DNA of 64,000 nt, taken from the sequence record PP781973.1; one strand, written 5' to 3'. The position numbers and the translations under genes are program-made. Position 1 is the stretch's first letter. Every line of letters starts with the position of its first letter. The notes under the pieces are model-generated. The model had not been told where the DNA came from and did not search any database. It worked only from the letters and a program-made list of their open reading frames with translations. Positions 44,842-54,427 of this stretch are shown one piece after another. Source of the DNA: Pseudomonas phage vB_PaeM_RyC23_M4LORT.

Positions 44842-45477
44842 ATGTTCCAGAAACAAGTTTACCGCCAGTACACTCCTGGTTTTCCGGGCGATCTGATCGA
44901 GGACGGCCCGAAGCGGGCGCGGCCGGGTCGAATCATGTCTCTGTCTGCCGTAAATCCGGCTGCCACCGCCACCGGCCCCAACCGCATCAGTCGCGCTTTC
45001 GGTTACGCCGGTGACGTCAGCGCCCTCGGCGAAGGTCAGCCGAAGACCATCGCGGCTCGCGCTTCTGAAGTCGTGATCGGCGGCGCCAACTTCTTTGGTG
45101 TCCTCGGTCATCCGAAGCACTATGCGCTGTTCGGTTCGGCCGGAGACTCCCTGGCTCCCAGCTATGATCTGCCCGATGGCGCCGAAGGCGAGTTCTTCGA
45201 CATGGCCACCGGCCTGGTCGTCGAAATTTTCAACGGCGCCGCAACCGCCCTGGACCTGGACTATGGTGACCTGGTCGCCTATGTCCCCAACAACCTGGCT
45301 ACCGCCGACAACGCGCTTGGCCTGCCGGCCGGCGCCCTGGTTGGCTTCAAGGCTGGCTCCATGCCGACCGGCTTGGTCCAGATTCCCAACGCACGCATCG
45401 TTAACGCCATCAGTCTGCCGGCCCAGTCGGCGGGGAATCTGGTTGCTGGCGTTACCATCGTCCAGCTCACGCAGTAA
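44842..45477 (+). CDS. hypothetical head protein (possible decoration/cement)
   Basis: 211 aa; Gly/Ala-rich; lies between scaffold and major capsid. Confidence 0.5.
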   Translation: MFQKQVYRQYTPGFPGDLIEDGPKRARPGRIMSLSAVNPAATATGPNRISRAFGYAGDVSALGEGQPKTIAARASEVVIGGANFFGVLGHPKHYALFGSAGDSLAPSYDLPDGAEGEFFDMATGLVVEIFNGAATALDLDYGDLVAYVPNNLATADNALGLPAGALVGFKAGSMPTGLVQIPNARIVNAISLPAQSAGNLVAGVTIVQLTQ

Positions 45478-45486
45478 GGAGGCGTC

Positions 45487-46635
45487 ATGAGCCAGATCAG
45501 CAAGACCCATTCGCGCCTCGCAGGCCGCAATGCGAAACCTTTCGACCTGAAAAACATCACCAATGACGCCGTGGCGTCTCTGCGCCGCATCGGCCTGGTA
45601 TTCGATCACGCCGTCGTCCAGGACCAGATCAAGGCCTTGGCGAAGGCCGGCGCGTTCCGCTCCGGCTCGGCCATGGACAGCAACTTCACCGCCCCGGTGA
45701 CCACGCCGTCCATCCCGACTCCCATCCAGTTCCTGCAGACCTGGTTGCCAGGCTTCGTGAAGGTCATGACCGCTGCACGGAAGATCGACGAAATCATCGG
45801 CATCGATACCGTTGGCTCCTGGGAAGATCAAGAAATCGTCCAGGGCATCGTGGAGCCGGCCGGCACTGCGGTGGAATACGGCGACCATACCAACATCCCG
45901 CTGACCAGCTGGAACGCCAACTTCGAACGCCGCACCATCGTTCGTGGCGAGCTGGGTATGATGGTGGGTACCCTGGAAGAGGGTCGCGCCTCGGCCATCC
46001 GTCTGAACAGCGCCGAAACCAAGCGCCAACAGGCGGCCATCGGTCTGGAAATCTTCCGCAACGCCATCGGTTTCTACGGCTGGCAGAGCGGCCTGGGCAA
46101 CCGCACCTATGGTTTCCTGAACGATCCCAACCTGCCGGCATTCCAGACCCCGCCGAGCCAGGGCTGGTCCACTGCCGACTGGGCAGGCATCATCGGCGAC
46201 ATCCGCGAGGCCGTTCGCCAGCTGCGTATTCAGAGCCAAGATCAGATCGATCCGAAGGCGGAAAAGATCACCCTGGCCCTGGCCACCAGCAAGGTGGACT
46301 ACCTGTCGGTAACCACGCCTTACGGCATTTCGGTTTCGGACTGGATCGAACAGACCTATCCGAAAATGCGGATCGTGTCGGCTCCGGAATTGTCCGGCGT
46401 CCAGATGAAAAACCAAGAGCCGGAAGATGCTCTGGTGCTCTTCGTCGAAGACGTGAACGCGGCCGTCGATGGCAGCACCGATGGCGGCAGCGTGTTCAGC
46501 CAGCTGGTACAGAGCAAGTTCATCACCCTGGGTGTCGAAAAGCGGGCGAAGTCGTACGTGGAAGACTTCTCCAACGGCACCGCCGGTGCGCTGTGCAAGC
46601 GTCCGTGGGCTGTGGTGCGCTACCTCGGCATCTAA
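45487..46635 (+). CDS. major capsid protein
   Basis: 382 aa; strong SD AGGAGG; size and position typical; followed by a terminator-like hairpin as is common after MCP genes. Confidence 0.75.
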   Translation: MSQISKTHSRLAGRNAKPFDLKNITNDAVASLRRIGLVFDHAVVQDQIKALAKAGAFRSGSAMDSNFTAPVTTPSIPTPIQFLQTWLPGFVKVMTAARKIDEIIGIDTVGSWEDQEIVQGIVEPAGTAVEYGDHTNIPLTSWNANFERRTIVRGELGMMVGTLEEGRASAIRLNSAETKRQQAAIGLEIFRNAIGFYGWQSGLGNRTYGFLNDPNLPAFQTPPSQGWSTADWAGIIGDIREAVRQLRIQSQDQIDPKAEKITLALATSKVDYLSVTTPYGISVSDWIEQTYPKMRIVSAPELSGVQMKNQEPEDALVLFVEDVNAAVDGSTDGGSVFSQLVQSKFITLGVEKRAKSYVEDFSNGTAGALCKRPWAVVRYLGI

Positions 46636-46649
46636 CAGATGCCTATTCA

Positions 46650-46680
46650 CCAAAGGCCGGGCTTCCGGCCTTTGTTCACT
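46650..46680 (+). terminator. partial rho-independent terminator/attenuator after the MCP gene
   Basis: AAGGCCGG-gctt-CCGGCCTT followed by TGTTCACT (short T-run). Confidence 0.45.
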
Positions 46681-46736
46681 CTGACTCTAACTCGGTTGTA
46701 GGGGCCGGTTAGGGCATAATTACTAGGACTACGCCA

Positions 46737-47174
46737 ATGACTGTTTATATCGTTTCCTCCATGACTCAATCGGTGTCTTACAATGCGTATGACACCTCTG
46801 ATCCGTCCAATCCTCGCCTCCAGCGAAAGATTCTGATTCGAGGCCGCGCAGGCATCGCATCCGAAACTTCCGGCTTCGGCGACATGATTTCCGACGAGGC
46901 CGGACGTCCGATCTGGACCCCACAGGGCGATTGTACTGCCGTGAGCGATTCGGATTTCGAGCTGCTTCAGGCCAATAAGATTTTCATGCGTCACATGGAG
47001 AAGGGTTATCTGCGAGTCGTGAAGACCGACATCACCAGTGACCACCAGCGGATTTCCAAAGAGACTCGCACCATGGAGCGCGATGGATTCCAGCCTCTGG
47101 ATGCTACTCGCCTGCAGCAGAAAATCAAGGTGACCACAGCCAGCGCTTCCCAGGAACAAGAGTTCCGGATTTAA
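46737..47174 (+). CDS. hypothetical structural protein
   Basis: 145 aa ORF in the head module. Confidence 0.5.
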   Translation: MTVYIVSSMTQSVSYNAYDTSDPSNPRLQRKILIRGRAGIASETSGFGDMISDEAGRPIWTPQGDCTAVSDSDFELLQANKIFMRHMEKGYLRVVKTDITSDHQRISKETRTMERDGFQPLDATRLQQKIKVTTASASQEQEFRI

Positions 47175-47188
47175 CCGAGGGTTTCGGT

Positions 47189-47656
47189 ATGGTGATTTTC
47201 GACGAACATAAGTTTCGCACGCTGTTTCCGGAGTTTGCTGATCCAGCCGCTTATCCGGACGTGCGCCTGCAGATGTACTTCGACATTGCGTGCGAATTCA
47301 TTTCTGATCGCGATTCGCCATACCGGATTCTCAATGGTAAAGCCCTGGAAGCCTGTCTGTATCTTCTGACCGCCCACCTCCTGTCGCTGTCCACGATGCA
47401 AGTTCAGGGCGCGGCTGGAGGTGGCGTCACTGCCGGTGGGACCCAGGGCGGTTTCATCACCAGCGCTACTGTCGGCGAGGTCAGCGTGACCAAGCTCGCG
47501 CCCCCGGCCAAGAATGGTTGGCAGTGGTGGCTTTCCGGGACGCCTTATGGTCAAGAGTTGTGGGCGCTCCTCAGCGTCAAAGCGGTGGGCGGATTCTACA
47601 TCGGCGGTCTTCCAGAGCGCCGAGGCTTCCGGAAGGTTGGAGGGACGTTCTGGTGA
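47189..47656 (+). CDS. putative head-tail connector/adaptor
   Basis: 155 aa; N-terminal FRTLFPEFAD motif seen in phage adaptor (DUF4054-like) proteins; position after the head genes. Confidence 0.45.
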   Translation: MVIFDEHKFRTLFPEFADPAAYPDVRLQMYFDIACEFISDRDSPYRILNGKALEACLYLLTAHLLSLSTMQVQGAAGGGVTAGGTQGGFITSATVGEVSVTKLAPPAKNGWQWWLSGTPYGQELWALLSVKAVGGFYIGGLPERRGFRKVGGTFW

Positions 47657-48051
47657 TCCCTGGTGCGAATCTTCTGCGAATGGCCTTCGGGGTCATCGGT
47701 ACTCAAATTGTGAAATATCGCAAGTTTGAGCAGCGAGTGAAGAATGATCAAGCTCAGTACGTTTCCATGTTCGAGGAGCCTTTCGACCTGGCAGCGTCTG
47801 TTCAGCGAGTCCGACGCGATCAGTATGTCCAGTTTAATCTGGAGTTCCAACGGAATTACGTTATGATCTTCGCCAACTTTGAGATGGTTGACTTGGATCG
47901 CGATGTGGCCGGTGACCAGTTCCTCTGGACCGGAAGAGTCTTTCAGCTGGAGTCTCAAGGCTCCTGGTTTTATCAGGACGGCTGGGGAGTTTGCCTGGCC
48001 GTGGATATCGGTGCGGCCAAGCTCACTGATGACGGGAAACCGACCTTCTAG
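47653..48051 (+). CDS. hypothetical neck/tail protein
   Basis: ~133 aa from GTG 47653 (GTGA overlap) or ATG 47680; in the structural operon. Confidence 0.4.
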   Translation: MIPGANLLRMAFGVIGTQIVKYRKFEQRVKNDQAQYVSMFEEPFDLAASVQRVRRDQYVQFNLEFQRNYVMIFANFEMVDLDRDVAGDQFLWTGRVFQLESQGSWFYQDGWGVCLAVDIGAAKLTDDGKPTF

Positions 48052-48058
48052 GTGATGT

Positions 48059-48610
48059 ATGTTTGACGGCGAACTGATAGCGAAACTGGTTGTCGAGTTG
48101 AATGCGGCGATGACATCTGCTCAAGAGGCTTTGCAGTTCCCGGATTTTGAAGTCGTCCAGAAAGCTCAGCCGACCCAACAGGGAACGTCAACCAGGCCGA
48201 CCATCTTTTTCCAGAAACTGTTTGACATTCCTCGCGGCTGGCCTGCCACCGATTGGCACCTGGACAACACGGCCCGCAAATATGTAGAAATAACTCGACA
48301 GCATGTAGAGACGACTTTCCAGATCAGTTCCCTTCATTGGCAGAATCCTGAAATAACTCACGTGGTTACGGCTTCTGATATCGCCAACTATGTGAGGGCT
48401 TATTTCCAAGCTCGATCCACGATTGAGCGCGTAAAGGAACTGGACTTCCTCATTCTTCGCGTGTCTCAAATTTCCAACGAAGCATTCGAGAACGACAATC
48501 ACCAGTTCGAATTCCACCCAAGTTTTGACATGGTTGTAACTTACAACCAATATATTCGCCTGTACGAAAACGCAGCATATTCGGCCGATGGGGTATTAAT
48601 AGGCATATGA
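48059..48610 (+). CDS. hypothetical structural protein
   Basis: 183 aa ORF. Confidence 0.5.
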   Translation: MFDGELIAKLVVELNAAMTSAQEALQFPDFEVVQKAQPTQQGTSTRPTIFFQKLFDIPRGWPATDWHLDNTARKYVEITRQHVETTFQISSLHWQNPEITHVVTASDIANYVRAYFQARSTIERVKELDFLILRVSQISNEAFENDNHQFEFHPSFDMVVTYNQYIRLYENAAYSADGVLIGI

Positions 48611-49188
48611 GTCTGAGGCGCGATTCAGAGCTAATCGCCGCGCACCTCCAGATGTTAAGAGCCATGCGCGGCAGGTCCGTTTCAGCCGGATGGTATTCCA
48701 CGGCTCGATATCCTGACAAGGCAGGCGGATCGGTCGGAATACAAGTCGCGAGAATCGCACGTCTCAATGAGTACGGCGGAACTATCGACCATCCGGGCGG
48801 GACCAGGTATATTAGGGACGCCATTGTTCGGGGTCGGTTTGTTGGCGTTCGGTTCGTCAGAAACGACTTTCCGGGAGAAACCGAGGTAACTAAGCCTCAC
48901 AGAATTACCATCCCGGCTAGACCGTTTATGCGATATGCTTGGAACTTGTTTTCCGCAGATCGCGCCGCAATCCAGAACCGGATAGCCATGAGGCTGGCCA
49001 GAGGACAGATCACTCCAGATCAAGCTCTTGCCCAGATCGGCCTGGCGTTGGAAGGATACATAGCCAGAAGCATCAGGACCGGGCCATGGGTGGCTAACTC
49101 AGCATCTACGGTCAGGAGAAAGGGATTCAACAGACCGCTGGTCGATACGGCGCACATGCTTCAATCGATTAGCAGCAGAGTAACATAA
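48607..49188 (+). CDS. putative tail completion / virion morphogenesis protein
   Basis: 193 aa; precedes the sheath gene; ATGA coupling. Confidence 0.45.
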   Translation: MSLRRDSELIAAHLQMLRAMRGRSVSAGWYSTARYPDKAGGSVGIQVARIARLNEYGGTIDHPGGTRYIRDAIVRGRFVGVRFVRNDFPGETEVTKPHRITIPARPFMRYAWNLFSADRAAIQNRIAMRLARGQITPDQALAQIGLALEGYIARSIRTGPWVANSASTVRRKGFNRPLVDTAHMLQSISSRVT

Positions 49189-49203
49189 CCAGGAGATCAT
49201 CCA

Positions 49204-50718
49204 GTGATCAGTCAGAGCCGTTATATCCGGATCATTTCGGGCGTAGGCGCAGGCGCTCCGGTCGCAGGCCGAAAGCTGATTCTGCGCGTCATGACTACCA
49301 ACAACGTCATCCCGCCCGGAATCGTCATCGAGTTCGACAACGCCAACGCAGTCATGTCATACTTCGGCGCGCAGTCGGAAGAGTATCAGCGGGCTGCGGC
49401 TTATTTCAAGTTCATCAGTAAAAGCGTGAATTCGCCGTCCAGCATCAGCTTCGCTCGCTGGGTAAACACCGCCATCGCGCCGATGGTTGTTGGTGACAAT
49501 CTGCCGAAGACCATCGCCGATTTCGCCGGCTTCTCAGCAGGGGTTCTGACCATCATGGTCGGCGCGGCCGAACAGAACATCACCGCCATCGATACGTCCG
49601 CAGCGACTTCTATGGACAACGTGGCGTCGATCATCCAGACCGAAATCCGCAAGAACGCCGACCCGCAGCTGGCCCAGGCTACCGTTACCTGGAATCAGAA
49701 CACCAACCAGTTCACCTTGGTCGGCGCCACCATCGGCACCGGCGTCCTGGCTGTGGCGAAATCTGCCGATCCCCAGGACATGTCCACTGCCCTCGGCTGG
49801 TCCACCTCCAACGTCGTCAACGTCGCCGGCCAGGCTGCCGATCTTCCCGACGCGGCCGTTGCCAAGAGCACCAATGTCAGCAACAACTTCGGTTCGTTCC
49901 TGTTCGCCGGTGCGCCGCTCGACAATGACCAGATCAAGGCCGTGTCGGCCTGGAACGCGGCTCAGAACAACCAGTTCATCTACACGGTCGCAACTTCCCT
50001 GGCGAACCTCGGCACTCTTTTCACCTTGGTGCATGGAAACGCCGGGACCGCCCTGAACGTGCTGTCGGCGACTGCTGCCAACGACTTCGTGGAGCAGTGC
50101 CCCAGCGAGATTCTGGCCGCCACCAACTACGATGAGCCGGGCGCTTCGCAAAACTACATGTACTACCAATTCCCTGGCCGCAACATCACCGTTTCCGACG
50201 ATACCGTTGCGAACACCGTCGACAAGAGCCGGGGCAACTACATCGGCGTCACCCAGGCCAATGGCCAGCAGCTCGCGTTCTACCAGCGCGGCATTCTGTG
50301 CGGCGGTCCGACCGATGCTGTGGACATGAACGTCTATGCCAACGAAATCTGGCTGAAGTCGGCTATCGCTCAAGCGCTCCTGGACTTGTTCCTGAACGTC
50401 AATGCGGTTCCGGCGAGCAGCACTGGCGAGGCGATGACCCTGGCGGTGCTGCAGCCGGTTCTGGACAAGGCGACCGCCAACGGCACGTTCACCTACGGCA
50501 AGGAAATCAGCGCCGTCCAGCAGCAGTACATCACCCAAGTCACCGGTGATCGCCGCGCCTGGCGTCAAGTCCAAACCCTGGGTTACTGGATCAACATCAC
50601 CTTCTCCAGCTATACCAACAGCAACACAGGCTTGACCGAGTGGAAGGCCAACTACACGCTGATCTATTCGAAGGGCGATGCCATCCGCTTCGTCGAAGGA
50701 TCGGATGTGATGATCTAA
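49204..50718 (+). CDS. tail sheath protein
   Basis: 504 aa; GTG start with SD AGGAGA; size, position before the tube gene and Ala/Thr/Asn-rich composition typical of contractile sheath proteins. Confidence 0.7.
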   Translation: MISQSRYIRIISGVGAGAPVAGRKLILRVMTTNNVIPPGIVIEFDNANAVMSYFGAQSEEYQRAAAYFKFISKSVNSPSSISFARWVNTAIAPMVVGDNLPKTIADFAGFSAGVLTIMVGAAEQNITAIDTSAATSMDNVASIIQTEIRKNADPQLAQATVTWNQNTNQFTLVGATIGTGVLAVAKSADPQDMSTALGWSTSNVVNVAGQAADLPDAAVAKSTNVSNNFGSFLFAGAPLDNDQIKAVSAWNAAQNNQFIYTVATSLANLGTLFTLVHGNAGTALNVLSATAANDFVEQCPSEILAATNYDEPGASQNYMYYQFPGRNITVSDDTVANTVDKSRGNYIGVTQANGQQLAFYQRGILCGGPTDAVDMNVYANEIWLKSAIAQALLDLFLNVNAVPASSTGEAMTLAVLQPVLDKATANGTFTYGKEISAVQQQYITQVTGDRRAWRQVQTLGYWINITFSSYTNSNTGLTEWKANYTLIYSKGDAIRFVEGSDVMI

Positions 50719-50776
50719 TGGTTTGCGGCGGACTCGATCCGCCGCAACCTTCCATAAATGGAGTGAGGAATAAGCA

Positions 50777-51229
50777 ATGATCAACATTTCTGCGTTCGGC
50801 TCGATCTGCCAGTTCACGGCAAGCAGAACTTTCCCGACCGGATTCACCGTCACCGAGTTTGCCGACGATGCGGACCCCATCGACAGCCCGCCGTTCACTG
50901 CGGCCGATACCGGCGTCGGCCTCAACGGTGACATGGTAGTCTGGAACCGGGCGAACATCCTGGAAGTCGTCGTTAACGTCATTCCGAATACCGAGGGCGA
51001 GCGCAACCTGGCAGTCCTGCTGGATGCCAACCGCACCGGAAAGGACAAGTCGGGCGCTCGTGATGTCGTCGGCCTGGTCGTGGCGATGCCGGACGGCAGC
51101 AAAATCACCTGCACCAACGGCACCCCAATCGACGGCGTTCTGATCAACGCGGTGGCAAGCGTCGGCCGTCTGAAGACCAAGCCGTATCGGTTCCGATTTG
51201 AAAAAGTGATCAAAGCCGGTACTAGCTGA
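50777..51229 (+). CDS. tail tube protein
   Basis: 150 aa; SD GGAGTGAGG; immediately follows the sheath; paralog of 52342-52845 (MINISAFGS vs MINVSGFGT). Confidence 0.65.
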   Translation: MINISAFGSICQFTASRTFPTGFTVTEFADDADPIDSPPFTAADTGVGLNGDMVVWNRANILEVVVNVIPNTEGERNLAVLLDANRTGKDKSGARDVVGLVVAMPDGSKITCTNGTPIDGVLINAVASVGRLKTKPYRFRFEKVIKAGTS

Positions 51230-51552
51230 TGAAGAAAATTCCGCTGACAGCAGTCCCCAATCAAGCGATCTCATTTAACGCCGGTAGCAGCTATTGGAAG
51301 ATTCGCCTGTACCAGAACATGGACATGATGAATGCCGATATCAGCCGCGACGGCGTGATCGTTTGCCATGGGGTTCGCTGCTTCGGCGGGATTCCTCTTC
51401 TCCAGTACAGCCATCAGTACCGACCTGACTATGGCAATTTCGTCTTCGACCGCGACGCCGATTGGACATTGTTCGGCGACGGCATCAACCTGTTCTATCT
51501 GGACGGCGCCGAATTCGCCGAGTATCAGGCGCTTGCCACGAGGAAAGAATGA
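51229..51552 (+). CDS. hypothetical tail protein
   Basis: 107 aa, ATGA-coupled. Confidence 0.5.
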   Translation: MKKIPLTAVPNQAISFNAGSSYWKIRLYQNMDMMNADISRDGVIVCHGVRCFGGIPLLQYSHQYRPDYGNFVFDRDADWTLFGDGINLFYLDGAEFAEYQALATRKE

Positions 51553-51899
51553 GCACATCAACGATCAGAACCGGGACGAACAACGATATCCTTTTGGACG
51601 ACAATGGAAACATGGTTATCCTCAGGGATGTCGAAGCGTGCGCCCAGGACGTTCGGGCGGCGATGCTCATGCGCACCGGCGAAAACATTTTCGATGTGAA
51701 CTCCGGCGTGGGATATTTCGAATACATCTTCTCGCCGCAGAAAAGCTATGATGACGCTCGCAAATCCATCGCGGATGCAATTTTATCCTCGCCGGATGTG
51801 ACCGGCATCGAGCAGCTTGACATCGACATAACCGGGGAAGTCTTCGGCGTCGATGCGAAAGTCATCACCATCCACGGGCCTGTTACCACAGGAGTTTGA
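51549..51899 (+). CDS. hypothetical tail protein
   Basis: 116 aa from ATG 51549 (MSTSTIRTGTNNDILLDDNG...), ATGA-coupled. Confidence 0.5.
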   Translation: MSTSTIRTGTNNDILLDDNGNMVILRDVEACAQDVRAAMLMRTGENIFDVNSGVGYFEYIFSPQKSYDDARKSIADAILSSPDVTGIEQLDIDITGEVFGVDAKVITIHGPVTTGV

Positions 51900-51900
51900 A

Positions 51901-52332
51901 ATGAGTACCATCCGCATCCAATACGCCAACGGCACCCAACTGTTCCTGGACGGCAAAAATCCGCCGCCCCTGGACCCGCTGCCCTCGTTTAACCCGTCTG
52001 TCGAAGATCTGGAAGGCCTGGACCGCGAAAAGAACATCGACAAGGGCGACTCCTCGCCGGCCGGTCTTCCCGTTCCCCCGGTAAACGTCGATTCCAATGT
52101 CGACAACGGCGGAACCATCCCGGCTCCGGTATCGACCGACGCTGCTGCGGCCGAATCGGCCCCAGAAGGCGCCCAGGAAGCTCCTGCAGCAGGCCAAGGC
52201 GACGAGAAAGGCGCCGAGGAAGCCCCGACTACAGCCCCGGTAGAAAAGGCCGAGGAAACGGCCTCGCCGGCCGCTGAAGAGGAAACCCCGGCTCCCGCCA
52301 AGGCCACCTCTCGCAAAACCACCAGCAAGTAA
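51901..52332 (+). CDS. Pro/Ala/Glu-rich low-complexity tail protein
   Basis: 143 aa from MSTIRIQYANG (ATGA-coupled); C-terminal 90 aa are P/A/E-rich. Confidence 0.5.
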   Translation: MSTIRIQYANGTQLFLDGKNPPPLDPLPSFNPSVEDLEGLDREKNIDKGDSSPAGLPVPPVNVDSNVDNGGTIPAPVSTDAAAAESAPEGAQEAPAAGQGDEKGAEEAPTTAPVEKAEETASPAAEEETPAPAKATSRKTTSK

Positions 52333-52341
52333 GGACTCGAC

Positions 52342-52845
52342 ATGATCAACGTCAGCGGCTTCGGCACAGGAATTGTAATAGTTTCAGCCTCATCGTTCCC
52401 GATGGGGTTTTCCTTGTCGAAGTTCGCTGATGATGAGAGTCCGATATCCTCCAAAGAGCTGGAGCCGTTCGGATATGAGATGCTTTATGACGGCGGCCTA
52501 TTCGCCTTTGACAAGGCTGCTCCTCTGGAAGTATCTGTATCCGTCATCGCAGGGAGCGAGGATGATATTAACCTTCGCATCCTTCTCAATTCCAAAAAGG
52601 GATCATTCAGATTTCTTCCGGGCAGCATCCCGGATATGACGACTCTCGTGGCCACTCTTCCTGATGGCGGCCGCACCGTTCTGTCCAATGGGACTATCAT
52701 CAAGGGTCCGGCCATCGACACCATACAGAACACCGGACGACGCAAAGGCAACACGTACACTTTTGTTTTCGGTAGCTATCTTGGCGCCCAGACTGCGCGT
52801 CAAGCCATTTCTAACGTTATCCAATCGGTGCTGGAGGTGGTCTGA
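52342..52845 (+). CDS. tail tube protein paralog
   Basis: 167 aa; N-terminus and overall pattern similar to 50777-51229 (FADD(E/A)(S/D)PI, NGT(I/P)I(K/D)G). Confidence 0.6.
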   Translation: MINVSGFGTGIVIVSASSFPMGFSLSKFADDESPISSKELEPFGYEMLYDGGLFAFDKAAPLEVSVSVIAGSEDDINLRILLNSKKGSFRFLPGSIPDMTTLVATLPDGGRTVLSNGTIIKGPAIDTIQNTGRRKGNTYTFVFGSYLGAQTARQAISNVIQSVLEVV

Positions 52846-53384
52846 TGTTGGGGATTTTCACCAGCCTCCTAAGTTCGCGATCTTTTTCGATTGTGGACCA
52901 AAACACAAACCAGCTAGTTGCTGCGGATTTGAGGATAAGCCGGGTCAACACCCGGTTTTCTTCTGTAGGGCAACGCCACATGCTGGAAGATGGCACGACC
53001 AAGATGGATTCCAGAACGATCCACCCTATGGAAATCATCGTCGAAGTATTTTGCCCTTCAATTGATGTCGTCGATCAGATCAATCAATTGCTCCTGGATC
53101 GCGACACACTGTACAAAGTCATCACTCGCGGCATGGTATTCGAACGGATGATGTGTACCAGCGAAGCGCTCAATCAGACTCCGGATATGATATCGGCGAC
53201 TCCTGCGCGGCTGACATTCTCCCAAGTTCTCGTCCAGAATCCCAAGCCTATAATGTTCAGAAATGCAGGGGACTCTTCTATGATCGACCGAGGGCTGGCC
53301 CTAGCTGAAGACGTGGTTGGCTCGGCCGGCGATCTGTTCGACTACGCAGTGAACGGCGTCCAGAACGCCGCAGACTTGTTCTGA
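52845..53384 (+). CDS. hypothetical tail protein
   Basis: 179 aa ORF. Confidence 0.5.
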   Translation: MLGIFTSLLSSRSFSIVDQNTNQLVAADLRISRVNTRFSSVGQRHMLEDGTTKMDSRTIHPMEIIVEVFCPSIDVVDQINQLLLDRDTLYKVITRGMVFERMMCTSEALNQTPDMISATPARLTFSQVLVQNPKPIMFRNAGDSSMIDRGLALAEDVVGSAGDLFDYAVNGVQNAADLF

Positions 53385-53392
53385 GGTGCCAA

Positions 53393-53986
53393 TTGAACTC
53401 TTTCCTCAAGTCTATTCTCAACACGCCTACTCTCACCATACGCGATGATGTTACCAAACTTCCTGTCTGGAAGAGTCTTCAAGTCAAGAAAGTGGAAATT
53501 TACTCGCCGGCTTCCGTAGTGTCGAAACCTCTGGCGACGAAAGACCAGACGGAAGCTCAAGTGTACACCGAAGCTCTGGACATTGATGTGAAGAATGGAA
53601 AGATCATCCAACCGGTGCGACTCCGCATCAATGCTATCTGTCCGGACCTGTCCACCGTTGAAAGTATCATGAACGCTTTCAATGATAACACCTCGACTTT
53701 CGCTATCACTTCTAAGTCGATATTGGCCGATAAAATGGCCATCATGACGCTCGATGTAGATCAGTCTCCAGACATGTTGAACGCGGCTGAGATCAATATG
53801 GAATTCGAGCAGGTTGAGCCTCCAGTATTGAATAAATTCGATCCTGCGTTCCCTCAAGATAGTCCGACTTATGGGGTACAGATTCAATCTCTTTCTGATG
53901 CTAATTTGCTGGATTTGGGCGCCATCGGCGATTCGATATCTTCGGCCGCAAAATCGCTATATAATCGCGTGACCAGCTACTTCTGA
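53393..53986 (+). CDS. hypothetical tail protein
   Basis: 197 aa; apparent TTG start, no in-frame ATG nearby. Confidence 0.45.
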   Translation: MNSFLKSILNTPTLTIRDDVTKLPVWKSLQVKKVEIYSPASVVSKPLATKDQTEAQVYTEALDIDVKNGKIIQPVRLRINAICPDLSTVESIMNAFNDNTSTFAITSKSILADKMAIMTLDVDQSPDMLNAAEINMEFEQVEPPVLNKFDPAFPQDSPTYGVQIQSLSDANLLDLGAIGDSISSAAKSLYNRVTSYF

Positions 53987-53995
53987 GGATGTATC

Positions 53996-54424
53996 ATGCT
54001 TGAAATCAATCTTCCCGATGGCCGTCAAACTCGCGTACAAATCGAGGCGTGGTCGGCATTGGATGGCTGGGAACTCCAGCGCCGTTTCGTCGAATTCGCT
54101 GTCAGCCAAGATTCCGACTTCCGCCGCTCTTTCACCATGGAAATCCTGGGCTATGCGAAAGTGCTGCTTGGCGACGATGACACCGGCATTCCGCTGACCA
54201 CCGCGGCAGTCATCAACAACCACCTCGGCCACTGGAAGAACGTGGAACTGGTTTTCAACTCTGTTCTCAAGCACAATGGCATCGACCCGGCCACGCACGC
54301 CGACCGGCCGGACTATTGGGAACAAGTCGGATCGCAGATGGCCATCGCATTTCTGGCCGAGGCGTCCAAGCTCATTGGTCCAGCAATGAAGATCGCCGAA
54401 GGACTCGCCAACAAGCCGGAGTGA
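53996..54424 (+). CDS. putative tail assembly chaperone
   Basis: 142 aa; position immediately before the tape measure gene; no slippery site for a -1 frameshift was seen. Confidence 0.4.
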   Translation: MLEINLPDGRQTRVQIEAWSALDGWELQRRFVEFAVSQDSDFRRSFTMEILGYAKVLLGDDDTGIPLTTAAVINNHLGHWKNVELVFNSVLKHNGIDPATHADRPDYWEQVGSQMAIAFLAEASKLIGPAMKIAEGLANKPE

Positions 54425-54427
54425 TTC

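Noticed and set aside
44083-46653. 856-aa minus-strand ORF
   Set aside because: Antisense to the scaffold and major capsid genes. Arg/Gly/Ala-rich composition typical of reverse frames in GC-rich DNA.
49534-51264. 576-aa minus-strand ORF
   Set aside because: Antisense to the tail sheath and tube genes, so spurious.
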